NCBI GenBank assembly: GCA_029259175.1
Contig: JAPDJH010000005.1
Coordinates: 32,001 to 96,000 of the forward strand
Length of the DNA: 64,000 bases
Source: Hadesarchaea archaeon
GTDB taxonomy: Archaea > Hadarchaeota > Hadarchaeia > Hadarchaeales > Hadarchaeaceae
Direction: 5' to 3'
In this document: in pieces, positions 18,724 through 29,391 of the stretch
Position numbering within the stretch: the stretch's first letter is position 1
Layout of the letters: every line of letters begins with the position of its first letter
Made by a program: the position numbers and the translations under genes
The notes under the pieces: model-generated
What the model was told of the DNA's origin: nothing
Databases searched by the model: none
What the model saw: the letters and a program-made list of their open reading frames with translations, nothing else

Positions 18724-20232
18724 ATGAATCTCGATAGGTACGAACGGAAAGTCTTGGGCGTGCTAGCCCAGTATGAAGGTGCCGTCTTGGTAGAAGATGT
18801 TACAAAAAAACTGCAAATCGATCAAGCTACTGTCATGCGTGCCTGTTTGTCCCTACAAGAAAAGAACCTAGCAAAAATAGAGGGGAAAGAAATCGGCTAT
18901 GTAAAGCTAAGTGAGGAAGGAAGAAAATATGCACAAAAAGGACTTCCCGAACGAAGACTTCTCAAAGCGCTCGTCCAGGCTTCAGGGAAGCCTCTTCCAG
19001 AAATATTTTCACTCGCTTCTCTCGATCCAGACGAACAACAGATCGCACTTGCATGGATCAGGCGTAGAGGGTGGGCAGAGTTCAGAAAAAAAGATGGAGA
19101 AACTGTGCTCGAAATCACTCAAAAAGGAAAAGATGAGCTAGAAGGAAAAACCCCCGAAGAAGAGCTGATAGAAAGCGTGAGAGAAAAAGCGCTGGAACTT
19201 GATTCTGTACGTTTAGATCTGAGGGATGCTTTACAGACTTTGCAAAGGAGAGGCTTGCTAGAGATTCTAACAAAAAAGAAGAGATGGGTAGAGCTCAGCG
19301 GACAGGGAAGAGAATTAGCAAAAAAGGGTTTAGAAGAAATCGAGGAAATCACTGAGCTAACCCGTGAGGATTTGATAACTGGAAGATGGCGAAAGGCCAG
19401 ATTGAAAAAATACGATGTGACTGCTCCGGGGCCAGCAATATATCCTGCCAAAATTCACCCGCAGCGCCGAGTAATAGAGGAACTCAGGGAGATCTTGTTA
19501 GAAATGGGCTTCACAGAAATCAAGAGCAGAATAGTGGAAACGGAGTTCTGGAACTTCGATGCACTGTTTCAAGCGCAAGACCATCCAGCCCGTGAGATCC
19601 ACGATAGTCTCTCTGTGAAAAAACCCAAAGAGGGAAAACTCCCGTCTAACAGGCTTCTGCGACGCGTTGCTCAAGCACACGAAAAAGGGGTTGTAGGGTC
19701 GACGGGCTGGGGGTACAAGTTCAATCCGGCTATTTCCAAACGACTGGTGCTGTGCTCTCAGACCACGGCTGCCACCGTCAGATTCCTCGCCTCAAAGCCA
19801 GAACCACCTGTGAAAGTATTCTGCATCGATAGGGTCTATCGGCACGAACACATCGATTACAAACACTTGGCAGAGTTCTACCAGTGCGAGGGAATAGTGA
19901 TGGACAAAGGACTCACACTTCGCGACATGTTGGGTTATCTCAAACTGATAGTTAACAAGCTAGGGCTAGAGAAAATAAGATTCAGGCCTGGATACTTCCC
20001 CTATACTGAGCCATCGGTAGAAGCTGAGGTTTACTTTCCGGAAAAAAATGAATGGATAGAAGTGCTCGGAGCGGGAATGTTCAGGCCGGAGCTTTTGAGA
20101 CCGCTAGGGATCAAGTACCCAGTGCTCGCTTGGGGTATCGGCTTCTCGAGACTGGCGATGATTAAGCTGGGAATCAGCGATATCCGGGATCTATACTCCT
20201 GTGATCTTGAGTGGATCAGACAGCAGAGGTGA
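18724..20232 (+). CDS. pheS: phenylalanyl-tRNA synthetase alpha subunit
   Basis: FWNFDALFQAQDHPARE, EFYQCEG, YFPYTEPS, GAGMFRPE. Confidence 0.97.
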   Translation: MNLDRYERKVLGVLAQYEGAVLVEDVTKKLQIDQATVMRACLSLQEKNLAKIEGKEIGYVKLSEEGRKYAQKGLPERRLLKALVQASGKPLPEIFSLASLDPDEQQIALAWIRRRGWAEFRKKDGETVLEITQKGKDELEGKTPEEELIESVREKALELDSVRLDLRDALQTLQRRGLLEILTKKKRWVELSGQGRELAKKGLEEIEEITELTREDLITGRWRKARLKKYDVTAPGPAIYPAKIHPQRRVIEELREILLEMGFTEIKSRIVETEFWNFDALFQAQDHPAREIHDSLSVKKPKEGKLPSNRLLRRVAQAHEKGVVGSTGWGYKFNPAISKRLVLCSQTTAATVRFLASKPEPPVKVFCIDRVYRHEHIDYKHLAEFYQCEGIVMDKGLTLRDMLGYLKLIVNKLGLEKIRFRPGYFPYTEPSVEAEVYFPEKNEWIEVLGAGMFRPELLRPLGIKYPVLAWGIGFSRLAMIKLGISDIRDLYSCDLEWIRQQR

Positions 20233-20236
20233 GAAG

Positions 20237-21871
20237 ATGCCCACAGTCAACACCACCTATGAAGAGATAAGCCGGTTGCTGAAGAAAGAAATACCAAAGC
20301 CAGAACTCGTCGAACGACTGGCACTTTTGGGAATCGAGAGCGAAGAAAGCGAAGAGGGATTGAAACTGGAGGTCCCCCATAACCGGCCAGACTTGCTGAG
20401 CGTTGAAGGAATCGTGCGTGCGTTGAAGGGAGTCCTCGGCATAAAAACCGGACTCCCACAATACCCTTTGAGAAAACCAAAAATCGAAGTGGTGGTGGAT
20501 CCAAGCACAAGCACAGTCCGTCCTCATATCGCGTGCGGGGTGATAAGAGATGTAAAGCTGGATGAGGAAACAGTTGCTTCCCTGATGCAAGTCCAAGAAA
20601 AACTACACGCCACATACTGTCGAAAGCGAAAAAAGGCGTCGATAGGAGTATACGATCTGGATACTCTTCAGCCACCCATTACATACACTACGGTGGATCC
20701 GGAAGGAATCAAGTTCGTGCCTCTGGAATACACTCAAGCACTCACTCCCGCGGAGATCCTTCGACAGCACCCCAAGGGAGTGGAGTACGCCCATCTGTTA
20801 GAAGGATTATCACGGTATCCCGTCCTGATCGACTCCAAGGGAACCGTTCTGTCCCTTCCACCCATAGTGAACAGCGAAGACACCAAGGTGAGCGCAAACA
20901 CGAAAGCTCTCTTCATCGATGTCACGGGGCTGGATCGCCGAGTGGTTGAGTCAGCTCTCAAGGTTCTCATGACCTCGCTGGCAGAAAGAGGATTCGTGCT
21001 AGAAGGAGTACGGATCAAACAACGAAAAAAGACTAGAGTGACGCCTCAGCTAAAACCCGTAAGAAAGGCGCTCGCAGTGAAAAATACGAACCAAATGTTA
21101 GGTTTGACGTTAAACGCACGTCAGATCGCCCAGCTCGCAAAGAAAATGAGATACGGCATCGCCCGAGTAACTGATACACATGTAGACCTTCTAGTCCCGC
21201 CATATAGGGTCGATATCTTACACGAAGTGGATCTCATAGAAGATATCGCCATAGCGTACGGATATGATAAGTTGGAGCCCACCATTCCGCCTGTGTGCAC
21301 CATCGGTTCCGCTGCCGAGATCGAAAAGATGAGCACCAAGATTCGGCTAACAATGATTGGGCTGGGATTCACAGAACTCATGACGTATTCGCTCATAAGT
21401 ACGAAAAAAGCCCAACTCTTCAACAAAGAGGTCGTGGAAATCGCCAATCCAGTATCCGAGGAGTACTCCGCGGTACGAAACAGTTTGATACCCTCGTTGT
21501 TGGATGCCGTGTTCAAAAATCAGCAATATCCGACGCCGCAAAAGCTGTTTGAAATCGGTGATATCGTAGTATTCGACGAAGCGGATGAAACAAAAACGAG
21601 GACTGTGAGATGCGTGGCCGGAGCAATAGTCGGAAAGAGTGCCACGTTCACTAATGTGCGTTCGGTTGCAGAAGCAGTGCTCAGAGAACTGGGCATACCA
21701 TTTCAAACAGTGGCGGCCAACCCGGAGGGCTTCATAGAGGGGAGATGTGTCTCTTTCATCCATGAACAGGAAGTGGTGGGGAAAGCTGGAGAAATCCATC
21801 CCGAGATGCTCGAACTTTACAGAATAGAGAACCCGGTCGCGGTTTTCGAACTTGTCCTAGGGACTATCTGA
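20237..21871 (+). CDS. pheT: phenylalanyl-tRNA synthetase beta subunit
   Basis: NRPDLLSVEG, LSLPPIVNS, PPYRVDILHEVDLIEDIAIAYGY, GEIHPE; ATG 20237. Confidence 0.97.
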   Translation: MPTVNTTYEEISRLLKKEIPKPELVERLALLGIESEESEEGLKLEVPHNRPDLLSVEGIVRALKGVLGIKTGLPQYPLRKPKIEVVVDPSTSTVRPHIACGVIRDVKLDEETVASLMQVQEKLHATYCRKRKKASIGVYDLDTLQPPITYTTVDPEGIKFVPLEYTQALTPAEILRQHPKGVEYAHLLEGLSRYPVLIDSKGTVLSLPPIVNSEDTKVSANTKALFIDVTGLDRRVVESALKVLMTSLAERGFVLEGVRIKQRKKTRVTPQLKPVRKALAVKNTNQMLGLTLNARQIAQLAKKMRYGIARVTDTHVDLLVPPYRVDILHEVDLIEDIAIAYGYDKLEPTIPPVCTIGSAAEIEKMSTKIRLTMIGLGFTELMTYSLISTKKAQLFNKEVVEIANPVSEEYSAVRNSLIPSLLDAVFKNQQYPTPQKLFEIGDIVVFDEADETKTRTVRCVAGAIVGKSATFTNVRSVAEAVLRELGIPFQTVAANPEGFIEGRCVSFIHEQEVVGKAGEIHPEMLELYRIENPVAVFELVLGTI

Positions 21872-22049
21872 CCTTGAGTGCGTATTTTCCCGGTTTGGTT
21901 ATTTGAAGCTTCTTGGCGATTTGAGAATTTTCTGGATCTCGGATTATCACATATCCCGACCAATCAAGTGAAAGAGATGTGCTCCCACAGTTCGGACAAC
22001 TTTCTCCGGTAGTTATGAGGCGACAATTTCTGCAGGCTCTCTCCTTCAC
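21864..22049 (-). CDS. spt4: transcription elongation factor Spt4 (RpoE'')
   Basis: ACRNCRL....CPNCGS..LS.DWSG..II.DP..S.IA.......PGKYALKVR; GTG 22049. Confidence 0.96.
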   Translation of the reverse strand: MKERACRNCRLITTGESCPNCGSTSLSLDWSGYVIIRDPENSQIAKKLQITKPGKYALKVR

Positions 22050-22600
22050 GAACTCCCACCTTTCTTGCCCTGCTCTTCTAGCCACTCAAGCTTGCCGAGA
22101 CCGGGTTGTCTCATGGTTAAACCAATCTTGCCCGTTTTTCCTTTCTTGGTGCCTATACCCACCACTCGGGCCCTCACCTTGTCTCCTTCTTTCAAGCTCA
22201 GCTTTTTCTCTTTCCCGTAGAGAACCCTTTTCTTGCGATCATAACCCACGAAATCATCCATTACCTGAGAAACGTGAACAAGCGCATCCACCGGGCCTAT
22301 CCGAACAAACGCTCCAAAATCCACAATTTCTACGACTTCCCCTACTACGACCTCATTCAGTTCTGGCTTGTACACCAGAGCATCGAAAATCACGTCATGA
22401 TAGCTCGCGCCGTCCCCCATTATTATTCTTCCTTCTCCGATCTCTTTCACTTCGGTGATTGCCAGAATTGTTCCTACGTCTTTATCTGTGATTCCCAAAT
22501 AGTTTTTGTTCAGTAAATCTACTATCACCTCTTCTAGAGGTTCGCCGAAACGATTGGGAGGGACTCTTACCGTGTCCTCCACTGTTATTACTTTAAACAT
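22046..22600 (-). CDS. rpo7: DNA-directed RNA polymerase subunit Rpo7 (E')
   Basis: VRVPPNRFG, GDGASYH, S1 domain FGAFVRIGP.DALVHVSQ, IGLTMRQPGLGK. Confidence 0.97.
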   Translation of the reverse strand: MFKVITVEDTVRVPPNRFGEPLEEVIVDLLNKNYLGITDKDVGTILAITEVKEIGEGRIIMGDGASYHDVIFDALVYKPELNEVVVGEVVEIVDFGAFVRIGPVDALVHVSQVMDDFVGYDRKKRVLYGKEKKLSLKEGDKVRARVVGIGTKKGKTGKIGLTMRQPGLGKLEWLEEQGKKGGSS

Positions 22601-22667
22601 TTAACAACACCAACCCGTTGCCCCTTTCTCCTATTCACTCTCTCTTATAAACACTAATCGTGAGAGT

Positions 22668-24674
22668 TTACAGCAAGAGGGGCAAGAAGAGCAGCGACGC
22701 CATCGACATCAGCTTTATTAAAATGTTAAGTGATGGGCCCGAGGTGTCCTTGAAGGGGTCGCCCACCGTGTCTCCTATAACGGCCGCAGCATGGGCTTCG
22801 CTTCCTTTGCCCCCAAGGTGTCCTTCTTCAATATACTTCTTGGCGTTGTCCCACGCTCCTCCAGCGTTCGCCAGAGTCACTGCTAACATGAGTCCGCTTA
22901 CAATGGCGCCCGCAAGCAAGCCAGCCACCATCTCTAAACCAATGGTCTTGTCTAAACCAATCACCCCAGGAACAGTTCCCAGCAACAAGGGGGTCAAAAC
23001 TGCTATCGCTGCTGGAGCGATCATGTTACGCAGGGCTGCGCGAGTGCTTATGGCGACACACTTATTGTAATCCGGCTTTGCTTTTCCAGCCATGAGTCCC
23101 TTAATAGTTCTGAACTGCCGGCGGACCTCTTCTACAATGAGGCTCGCTCCCTTTCGCACCGCGCGCATGGTTAGAGCACAGAAAAGGAACGGCAACATGC
23201 CACCAACAAACAAACCGACTACCACCTTTGGATCCATCAACTCGAGCGAAAGAGTCACGCCTTTGTCCCCAACTGCTTGCACATAAGCAGAAAAGAGGGC
23301 GAGCGCAGTGAGCGCCGCTGAGCCTATTGCAAAACCTTTTCCAATCGCGGCGGTAGTGTTGCCCACGGCGTCTAATCGCTCTGCTCTTCGACGTACTTTG
23401 GAACCCATTCCTGCCATTTCGGCTATGCCTGCCGCGTTGTCAGCCACGGGACCGTAACAGTCAGTTGCAAGCGTTATACCGAGCGTGCTGAGCATTCCCA
23501 CCCCAGCTATGGCAATACCGTAAAGGCCCTGGAAGTGGTAGGCTATCAGAGTGGCACCACAGATGGCAATAATCGGGATCACTGTGCTCAGCATTCCTAC
23601 TGAAAAGCCCTCAAGAATATTGGTGGCTGGACCGGTCTCAGCTGCTAGCGCTATGTTGCGTGTGGGACCAAATCTATTTTCGGTATAGTACTCAGCGGAG
23701 AGACCAATAACAATTCCTGCTATCAAGCCTGCTAGAAACGCATAGAATGGTTCCAGCACGTTTACCGTTTGATTTGTTATCCATGCACCGCCAATGACTG
23801 CCAGCGCTGCTGCACCGAACACCCCCCGGTTCAGTGCGCCGTGGAGTGCTCCAATATCCGCCTCTCTTCCCGTCCTGACTGCAAACGAACCCAAAATGGA
23901 ACTGATTATCCCCCAACCGGCCAGAAGTAAAGGAAGCAAAACCCAATTTAACCCTCCCGCGGGCAGTAGAGATCCAAGCACCATCGCCGCAATAATAGAC
24001 CCCACGTAGGATTCAAAAAGGTCAGCGCCCATTCCAGCAACGTCGCCAACGTTGTCTCCAACATTGTCAGCTATCACGGCAGGGTTGCGCGGATCGTCTT
24101 CCGGAATTTTTGCCTCAACTTTGCCCACGAGGTCGGCGCCCATGTCTGCAGATTTGGTATAGATTCCGCCGCCCACGCGCGCAAACAAAGCTATGGAACT
24201 GGCACCGAATCCGAAACCTACCAAAACGTTGACATCTTCTAATAGCCAGTAAAACACGCTCACGCCCAGCAGGCCCAGACCAACAACACTTAGGCCCATC
24301 ACTAGACCACTGGAAAAGGCCGTTCGCAAACCTTCTCCAATACTGTGCTTAGCCGCCTCGGCTGTACGGGCGTTAGACTTGGTGGCGACCCTCATTCCAA
24401 CGTTTCCAGCCAAAGCAGAACACGTCGCGCCCACCACAAAGGTTATCGCTGTAAGGTAGTTGATGTATGCCAAAACTGCTGCAACAATAATAACATAGAC
24501 AATCATTACTCGATACTCCTGGTTCAAAAACGTCATGGCGCCGTGGTAAATCGTGTCAGACAGCTCACGCATTCGAAGTGTTCCGGGAGATCGGCGTAAG
24601 ATCCGAGCGGTAGTTATGCCCGCATAGAGAAGACTCAATACAGCACATATGATTGGGATATAGATATATTCCAT
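22668..24674 (-). CDS. hppA: membrane-bound ion-translocating pyrophosphatase (K+-dependent, probably Na+-pumping)
   Basis: GGGIYTKSADMGADLVGKVE..IPEDDPRNPAVIADNVGDNVGD, ADLFESY, GNTTAAIGKG, GDTVGDPFKDTSGP. Confidence 0.96.
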   Translation of the reverse strand: MEYIYIPIICAVLSLLYAGITTARILRRSPGTLRMRELSDTIYHGAMTFLNQEYRVMIVYVIIVAAVLAYINYLTAITFVVGATCSALAGNVGMRVATKSNARTAEAAKHSIGEGLRTAFSSGLVMGLSVVGLGLLGVSVFYWLLEDVNVLVGFGFGASSIALFARVGGGIYTKSADMGADLVGKVEAKIPEDDPRNPAVIADNVGDNVGDVAGMGADLFESYVGSIIAAMVLGSLLPAGGLNWVLLPLLLAGWGIISSILGSFAVRTGREADIGALHGALNRGVFGAAALAVIGGAWITNQTVNVLEPFYAFLAGLIAGIVIGLSAEYYTENRFGPTRNIALAAETGPATNILEGFSVGMLSTVIPIIAICGATLIAYHFQGLYGIAIAGVGMLSTLGITLATDCYGPVADNAAGIAEMAGMGSKVRRRAERLDAVGNTTAAIGKGFAIGSAALTALALFSAYVQAVGDKGVTLSLELMDPKVVVGLFVGGMLPFLFCALTMRAVRKGASLIVEEVRRQFRTIKGLMAGKAKPDYNKCVAISTRAALRNMIAPAAIAVLTPLLLGTVPGVIGLDKTIGLEMVAGLLAGAIVSGLMLAVTLANAGGAWDNAKKYIEEGHLGGKGSEAHAAAVIGDTVGDPFKDTSGPSLNILIKLMSMASLLFLPLLL

Positions 24675-24678
24675 TCAA

Positions 24679-25068
24679 TCAGCCCCGAAGCCCGTCTATC
24701 ATCAAATGACTTCGTTCTCGTAAAAAGATTACTGGGATGCCGCGCTTCCTGAGTTTTCGACGCAGGACAGAATCGTTGGTAGCGACAAGAGCTTCTTTTT
24801 GTTCAGCCAGCTGCAAAATCACATCGTCTGTTTTGCCTTCTGCGGGCACGATCTTCATTCTTTTGCTTAGTTCCAGCGCGACATTTGCAGCGGCACGCTC
24901 TCGCGGGGACCCCTGGCTTCGCAGTCTTTCTAGTTCTCTTATCACTGGTTGCGGAACCAGCAATTCGTATTTGGACTCAAGCACTCGATCGAGTTCCTTG
25001 AAGATATCCACCTTAAAGGAAGCTGGAACCATCAAAAAGTTTGTATCGACTATCACCTGAAGAACCAC
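24679..25068 (-). CDS. PIN-domain protein (Fcf1/Utp23-like)
   Basis: VIVDTNFLM, V..ELE.L, TDD.I, VATND..LR; conserved position after aIF2-gamma. Confidence 0.9.
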   Translation of the reverse strand: MVLQVIVDTNFLMVPASFKVDIFKELDRVLESKYELLVPQPVIRELERLRSQGSPRERAAANVALELSKRMKIVPAEGKTDDVILQLAEQKEALVATNDSVLRRKLRKRGIPVIFLRERSHLMIDGLRG

Positions 25069-25080
25069 GTGTCTCGCCTT

Positions 25081-26295
25081 TTACTGGATTATGCCATAAC
25101 CTATCAATCGCCACCGGTTGGCAACACGTCTACTGATCGCCGCGCGCCATCCGTGGTCCGCGCAGACAGGATATTTGAGCACTATCGAAACACGCTCTCC
25201 TTTGATCGCAGTTATTACCCCCACGCGCGCGGCAGTACCAATGCTCAGCATCAGAGGCTCGTTCATCGCGAGCGGTTTTACCTCCACCTCTTTTTCAAGG
25301 CCCACGACCCTGTCCAACAGGTGGGCTTCTATCTCGATTCGAGTTGCAACATCTGGGAGAGAGTGATGGTGACCAACCACGGAGCCCACGAGAGCGTCAG
25401 ATTTGGTCAGAGAGGGATCGAGACTCGTGCCTACACCGATGAGACCACCGGGGCCTGCGGAGTCCAAAAAGGAATCCATCGCGCGCAAGCTGACAACTTT
25501 GGTATCGAGGTGCTGCCAAGTCGTCTGTCCACCCTTTGAGGATATTATGCCCGGACGGATGGAGATCTCATCTCCTACCGACAGAATACCCTGCATTAGA
25601 GTTCCGCCAACAACTCCTCCTTGGAGATTCTCGGGACGAGTACCAGGCTTGTTGATATCGAAAGAACGGGCTACAAACATTAATGGAGGTTTATCGGGAT
25701 CACGAGGAGGGGTAGGAATGTGCTTCTCAATCGCTTCAATCAGTTTATCGATGTTTACGCGGTGTACCGCGGAAACTGGGATTACAGGGGCGTCCGAATA
25801 TCCGACAGAATTGAGAAACTCTTGGATTTGGCGATAATTTTCGAGAGCCTTTTCTTTTGAAACCAAATCGATCTTGGTCTGAACCACCACCACATTTTTC
25901 ACGCCGATTATCTGGAGAGCCATCAGGTGTTCCTTGGTTTGGGGTTGAGGACAAGGCTCGTTGGCGGCGATGACAAGCAGAGCCCCATCCATCAGGGCCG
26001 CGCCTGAAAGCATCGTGGCCATCAGCATCTCGTGGCCGGGGGCATCCACAAACGAAACACGGCGAAGCTCTTTCGTGTTTCCACCGCAGTAAGGACACTT
26101 AGGCTTTGTACCACATCGCCCGCACTCTTCACATCTGTAAAAAGTGGTGTCGGCATATCCGAGCCGGATAGTTATGCCTCGCTTGATCTCCTCACTATGG
26201 GTGTCGGTCCACACGCCGGAAAGGGCTTCGGTCAAAGTGGTCTTGCCATGATCGATGTGTCCGACCATCCCAATATTTACTGTAGCTTGTGGCAT
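25081..26295 (-). CDS. eif2g: translation initiation factor aIF2 gamma subunit
   Basis: [49 protein letters not shown]. Confidence 0.98.
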   Translation of the reverse strand: MPQATVNIGMVGHIDHGKTTLTEALSGVWTDTHSEEIKRGITIRLGYADTTFYRCEECGRCGTKPKCPYCGGNTKELRRVSFVDAPGHEMLMATMLSGAALMDGALLVIAANEPCPQPQTKEHLMALQIIGVKNVVVVQTKIDLVSKEKALENYRQIQEFLNSVGYSDAPVIPVSAVHRVNIDKLIEAIEKHIPTPPRDPDKPPLMFVARSFDINKPGTRPENLQGGVVGGTLMQGILSVGDEISIRPGIISSKGGQTTWQHLDTKVVSLRAMDSFLDSAGPGGLIGVGTSLDPSLTKSDALVGSVVGHHHSLPDVATRIEIEAHLLDRVVGLEKEVEVKPLAMNEPLMLSIGTAARVGVITAIKGERVSIVLKYPVCADHGWRAAISRRVANRWRLIGYGIIQ

Positions 26296-26334
26296 GTACT
26301 CACACCACTACACCGCTCTGAAATGATAAAAACT

Positions 26335-26748
26335 TCAGGATTGGGACTGGGAGGATGCTGACTCCTCTTTTTTACCAAAAACTTCTTCTAGCGGTTTTTC
26401 TCCTTTCTTCACAACTTTTGTGTTTATCTGGACTATGGCGTCGGAGATTTGACGTCCGCGAACACGTTTTCTTCTCCGCTCGCCGCGCTTCATCGGTCTG
26501 AAACCCGGAGGCGAGCTGAGCAATATAGTTTTTCGACCTGGGCCAGCAACGTCGGGGCGCATCGGAAAACCGTCGCGATCCGTCCCGCCTGTTATTTGAA
26601 GCTCATAACCAGGGAGACCCACGATAGAACCATCGAATCGATCCCCGATTTTGAGACCGATGAGTCTCCGGGACTCCGGTTCTTTTACTTCCACCTGATA
26701 GCTTCGGCCACTCTCCGGATCTGAGATCACTATCTTAAACGGCACCAA
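26335..26748 (-). CDS. rps6e: 30S ribosomal protein eS6
   Basis: FKIVISDP, L.ITGGTD.DGFPMRPD, GERRRK.VRG. Confidence 0.97.
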   Translation of the reverse strand: MVPFKIVISDPESGRSYQVEVKEPESRRLIGLKIGDRFDGSIVGLPGYELQITGGTDRDGFPMRPDVAGPGRKTILLSSPPGFRPMKRGERRRKRVRGRQISDAIVQINTKVVKKGEKPLEEVFGKKEESASSQSQS

Positions 26749-26863
26749 CCATCACCTTTGCATCACTGGAGTGCGCGGGATTAAAAACTTACGTGTGGGT
26801 GTTGGATCTCACCAGGAGACTTGCCACAACCCCGACCCTCTACGGTAAAACGTGAAATATCGT

Positions 26864-28654
26864 TCACATCACACCATATGTCGGATCCTTTCGTTGCTTG
26901 ATGGCAATAATTTCATCTAGAACCGCTAGTTCGTCGCCGGAAAGCAAGTCTCTCAAGTCTTTTTTGAGAACCAATACGTGATCTCGCGGAACGTCTGTAT
27001 AGAGAGTGTCTCCCTCTCTTATGTTACGCCCCACTACGCCCCCATCGATAGAAATCGCCAGTTCATCGCCTAGCCGAGCCTCTTGGACCGACTGCTTCTC
27101 CTTCTGGAGTTCGCGCACCGTGCCCACTTCTTTTCCATCGGAGCGAATCAGCGGCACTTTTGGCTTCAACACGCCTCCCACCACATCGATCCCTACTATC
27201 GCAGGGTCGCTTCTCCTAAACACGTACCCGGGCTTGATCACCAGTTTGGCCGGTCTGATAAAGGCACTCAATCGTTCTGCACGGATTGCTTCTCTTTTCT
27301 GCTGCATCCATTTCTTATAATTCTCGAACAAACGGTAGATCACCTGATCCTCAACTATTTCTACACCTTCCTGTGAGGCAATGGTGCGTGCTTCGGGCAG
27401 GACTTTAACGTTGAAACAAAGAACTACTCCGTAAAGCGGCTCCGCCTGCGCGACCGATGCCGCTTCCATCACGTCGCGCTTTGACACATCACCTATATCT
27501 GCAAGTCTTATCGGAATGTTCTCGGCGGCCAATTGATTTTCTATTGCTTCCAGCGATCCCAGAGCGTCGGCTTTGACCACCACACCGTTGACATCGGAGC
27601 TTATGCGGACTTTTTCCATCTCTTGTTGCATTTCTCTCCAAGCTTGTTCCCCCTCTTTCTCGCTTTTTATGACCAAGAATGGAGCTCCAGCCACTGCTCC
27701 TTCTAGGTTGGGAGCTGCGATTTTTACTCCAGCGGCAGCATAAGCCGCGGGAACTGTCCGAAAACGGTCCTCGGGATCGCGGATTTCGTCCAATGGTTTG
27801 GGCTTAAGGATGGCACGCACCTTTGAAATGATGGGTTTCTCTAGGCCCCCAACCACAAACATGTCTCCGCGCCTGACACATCCATCATAAATGATCACAT
27901 CGAGTGTTTTGCCCAAACCCGTGGTCTCCTTCACCTCCAGCACCGTTCCTCGCGCTGGTCCGGAAACCTCTAGTCTTAGCCGATCTTCGAGAAAACGCTG
28001 GGCCAAGCCAAACAATATCGCAAGCACCTCGGGGATCCCCTCCCCCGTTTTGGCGCTGGCAGGAATTATCGAGACCTGTCTTCGGAAATCCGAGACCCTG
28101 TCAAAGCGCTCGGATTCGAAACCCAAATCGTAAAGCTTGCCTATAAGCTCGTATACTTTTTCGTCCAAGAGCTGTTGAACTCTCGAAGGCTGGGAAGCAA
28201 ACGAGTCCAAAAAACATGACTTCGGCTGGACTTTCCATCCGGGTAACAGGTCTATTTTGTTCGCCACAAGCACAAAAGGTGTTCGATAGCTTTTCAGGAT
28301 GGTTATGGATTCGAGCGTTTGAGGCATGAATCCCTCATTGATATCTACCACAAGCGCCGCCAAATCAGCGAGCGCCCCACCGCGTCGTCTCAAATTGGTA
28401 AAAGCCTCGTGACCAGGGGTATCAATAAACAACAAGCCTGGAAGCTTCAGTTCTATGTTGAATCGTTTGAGAAGCGGACCACATAGCTGCCGGATTGTCT
28501 CAGCAGGAACCTCTGTAGCGCCTATATGTTGAGAGATGCCCCCAGCTTCGCGGGCTGCAACAGCGGTGCCCCTGATGGTGTCGAGCAAAAGAGTTTTTCC
28601 GTGGTCCACGTGGCCTAAGACCGATATTATGGGCTGCCGGACACATTTCTCCAT
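26864..28654 (-). CDS. infB: translation initiation factor aIF5B (IF-2)
   Basis: RQPIISVLGHVDHGKT, EAGGISQHIGA, DTPGHEAF..LR.RGG, NKID; no intein apparent. Confidence 0.98.
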   Translation of the reverse strand: MEKCVRQPIISVLGHVDHGKTLLLDTIRGTAVAAREAGGISQHIGATEVPAETIRQLCGPLLKRFNIELKLPGLLFIDTPGHEAFTNLRRRGGALADLAALVVDINEGFMPQTLESITILKSYRTPFVLVANKIDLLPGWKVQPKSCFLDSFASQPSRVQQLLDEKVYELIGKLYDLGFESERFDRVSDFRRQVSIIPASAKTGEGIPEVLAILFGLAQRFLEDRLRLEVSGPARGTVLEVKETTGLGKTLDVIIYDGCVRRGDMFVVGGLEKPIISKVRAILKPKPLDEIRDPEDRFRTVPAAYAAAGVKIAAPNLEGAVAGAPFLVIKSEKEGEQAWREMQQEMEKVRISSDVNGVVVKADALGSLEAIENQLAAENIPIRLADIGDVSKRDVMEAASVAQAEPLYGVVLCFNVKVLPEARTIASQEGVEIVEDQVIYRLFENYKKWMQQKREAIRAERLSAFIRPAKLVIKPGYVFRRSDPAIVGIDVVGGVLKPKVPLIRSDGKEVGTVRELQKEKQSVQEARLGDELAISIDGGVVGRNIREGDTLYTDVPRDHVLVLKKDLRDLLSGDELAVLDEIIAIKQRKDPTYGVM

Positions 28655-28697
28655 TTTAAATCCCGCTTCTATTTTGACAACGCCCTAGATAAAACAA

Positions 28698-29099
28698 TCA
28701 GAAAAAAAGAGAAAGTTCTCGTTTCGCGCTCTCCGGTGAATCTGCTGCATGAATCACGTTCTGAGTTACTGTTGTTCCGTAATCCCCACGTATGGTGCCC
28801 TTGGGCGCCTTCGCGGGATCTGTAGGTCCTATCAGAGCACGCACTCTGGCCACAGCATTCTCTCCTCTCACCAGCATGAGGACGACATCGCCAGAAATCG
28901 TGAACTGAATCAGGCGCTCAAAAAATTCTTTTCCCCGATGGGGCTCGTAAAGCCTCTCGGCTTCATCACGGGTTAATCGTTTTCTCTGCTTCCTCACTAT
29001 CTCCAATCCTGCTGCTTCGATTCGTCTAACAATCTCGCTCTCCAGTCCTCGGGCTACACCATCTGGCTTTATCATTACCAAAGTTTCTTCTACGACCAT
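28698..29099 (-). CDS. ndk: nucleoside diphosphate kinase
   Basis: TLVMIKPDGV, GPTDP..A..GTIRGD, NVIHAADS. Confidence 0.96.
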   Translation of the reverse strand: MVVEETLVMIKPDGVARGLESEIVRRIEAAGLEIVRKQRKRLTRDEAERLYEPHRGKEFFERLIQFTISGDVVLMLVRGENAVARVRALIGPTDPAKAPKGTIRGDYGTTVTQNVIHAADSPESAKRELSLFF

Positions 29100-29102
29100 C
29101 GG

Positions 29103-29117
29103 TTAACATAATGTTAA
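29103..29117. promoter_or_regulatory. 7-1-7 palindrome between the TATA-like box and start codon of ndk
   Basis: TTAACAT-A-ATGTTAA perfect inverted repeat. Confidence 0.35.
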
Positions 29118-29194
29118 ACGACTTTTAACTTTTTGTCATCGGCTTTTCCTAACCGCAAAATCACATTCCTAAAACCTGAGTTAAAAGAATCGTG

Positions 29195-29389
29195 TCATGT
29201 TAGCTTTCCTCGCAGTTTGCGCGAACGCTCTGTCCATCTAATCTTCTGTGGCTTGCGGCCCAATCGATAATTGCGTTCGCACTTGCTGGCACAGAAAAAA
29301 AGCACCGTACCATCATTACGAACAAACATAAGCCCTCGTCCCGGTTCTATTCTGCCACCGCAAAACGAACACTTTCTAACCTGTGGCAT
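29195..29389 (-). CDS. rpl24e: 50S ribosomal protein eL24
   Basis: CSFCG..IEPG.G.MFVRNDG....FC..KC......R.P....WT. Confidence 0.97.
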   Translation of the reverse strand: MPQVRKCSFCGGRIEPGRGLMFVRNDGTVLFFCASKCERNYRLGRKPQKIRWTERSRKLRGKLT

Positions 29390-29391
29390 CG

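Noticed and set aside
26797-26838. Possible hairpin RNA between infB and rps6e
   Set aside because: Only three separate 4-bp helices and no box motifs; within chance expectation.
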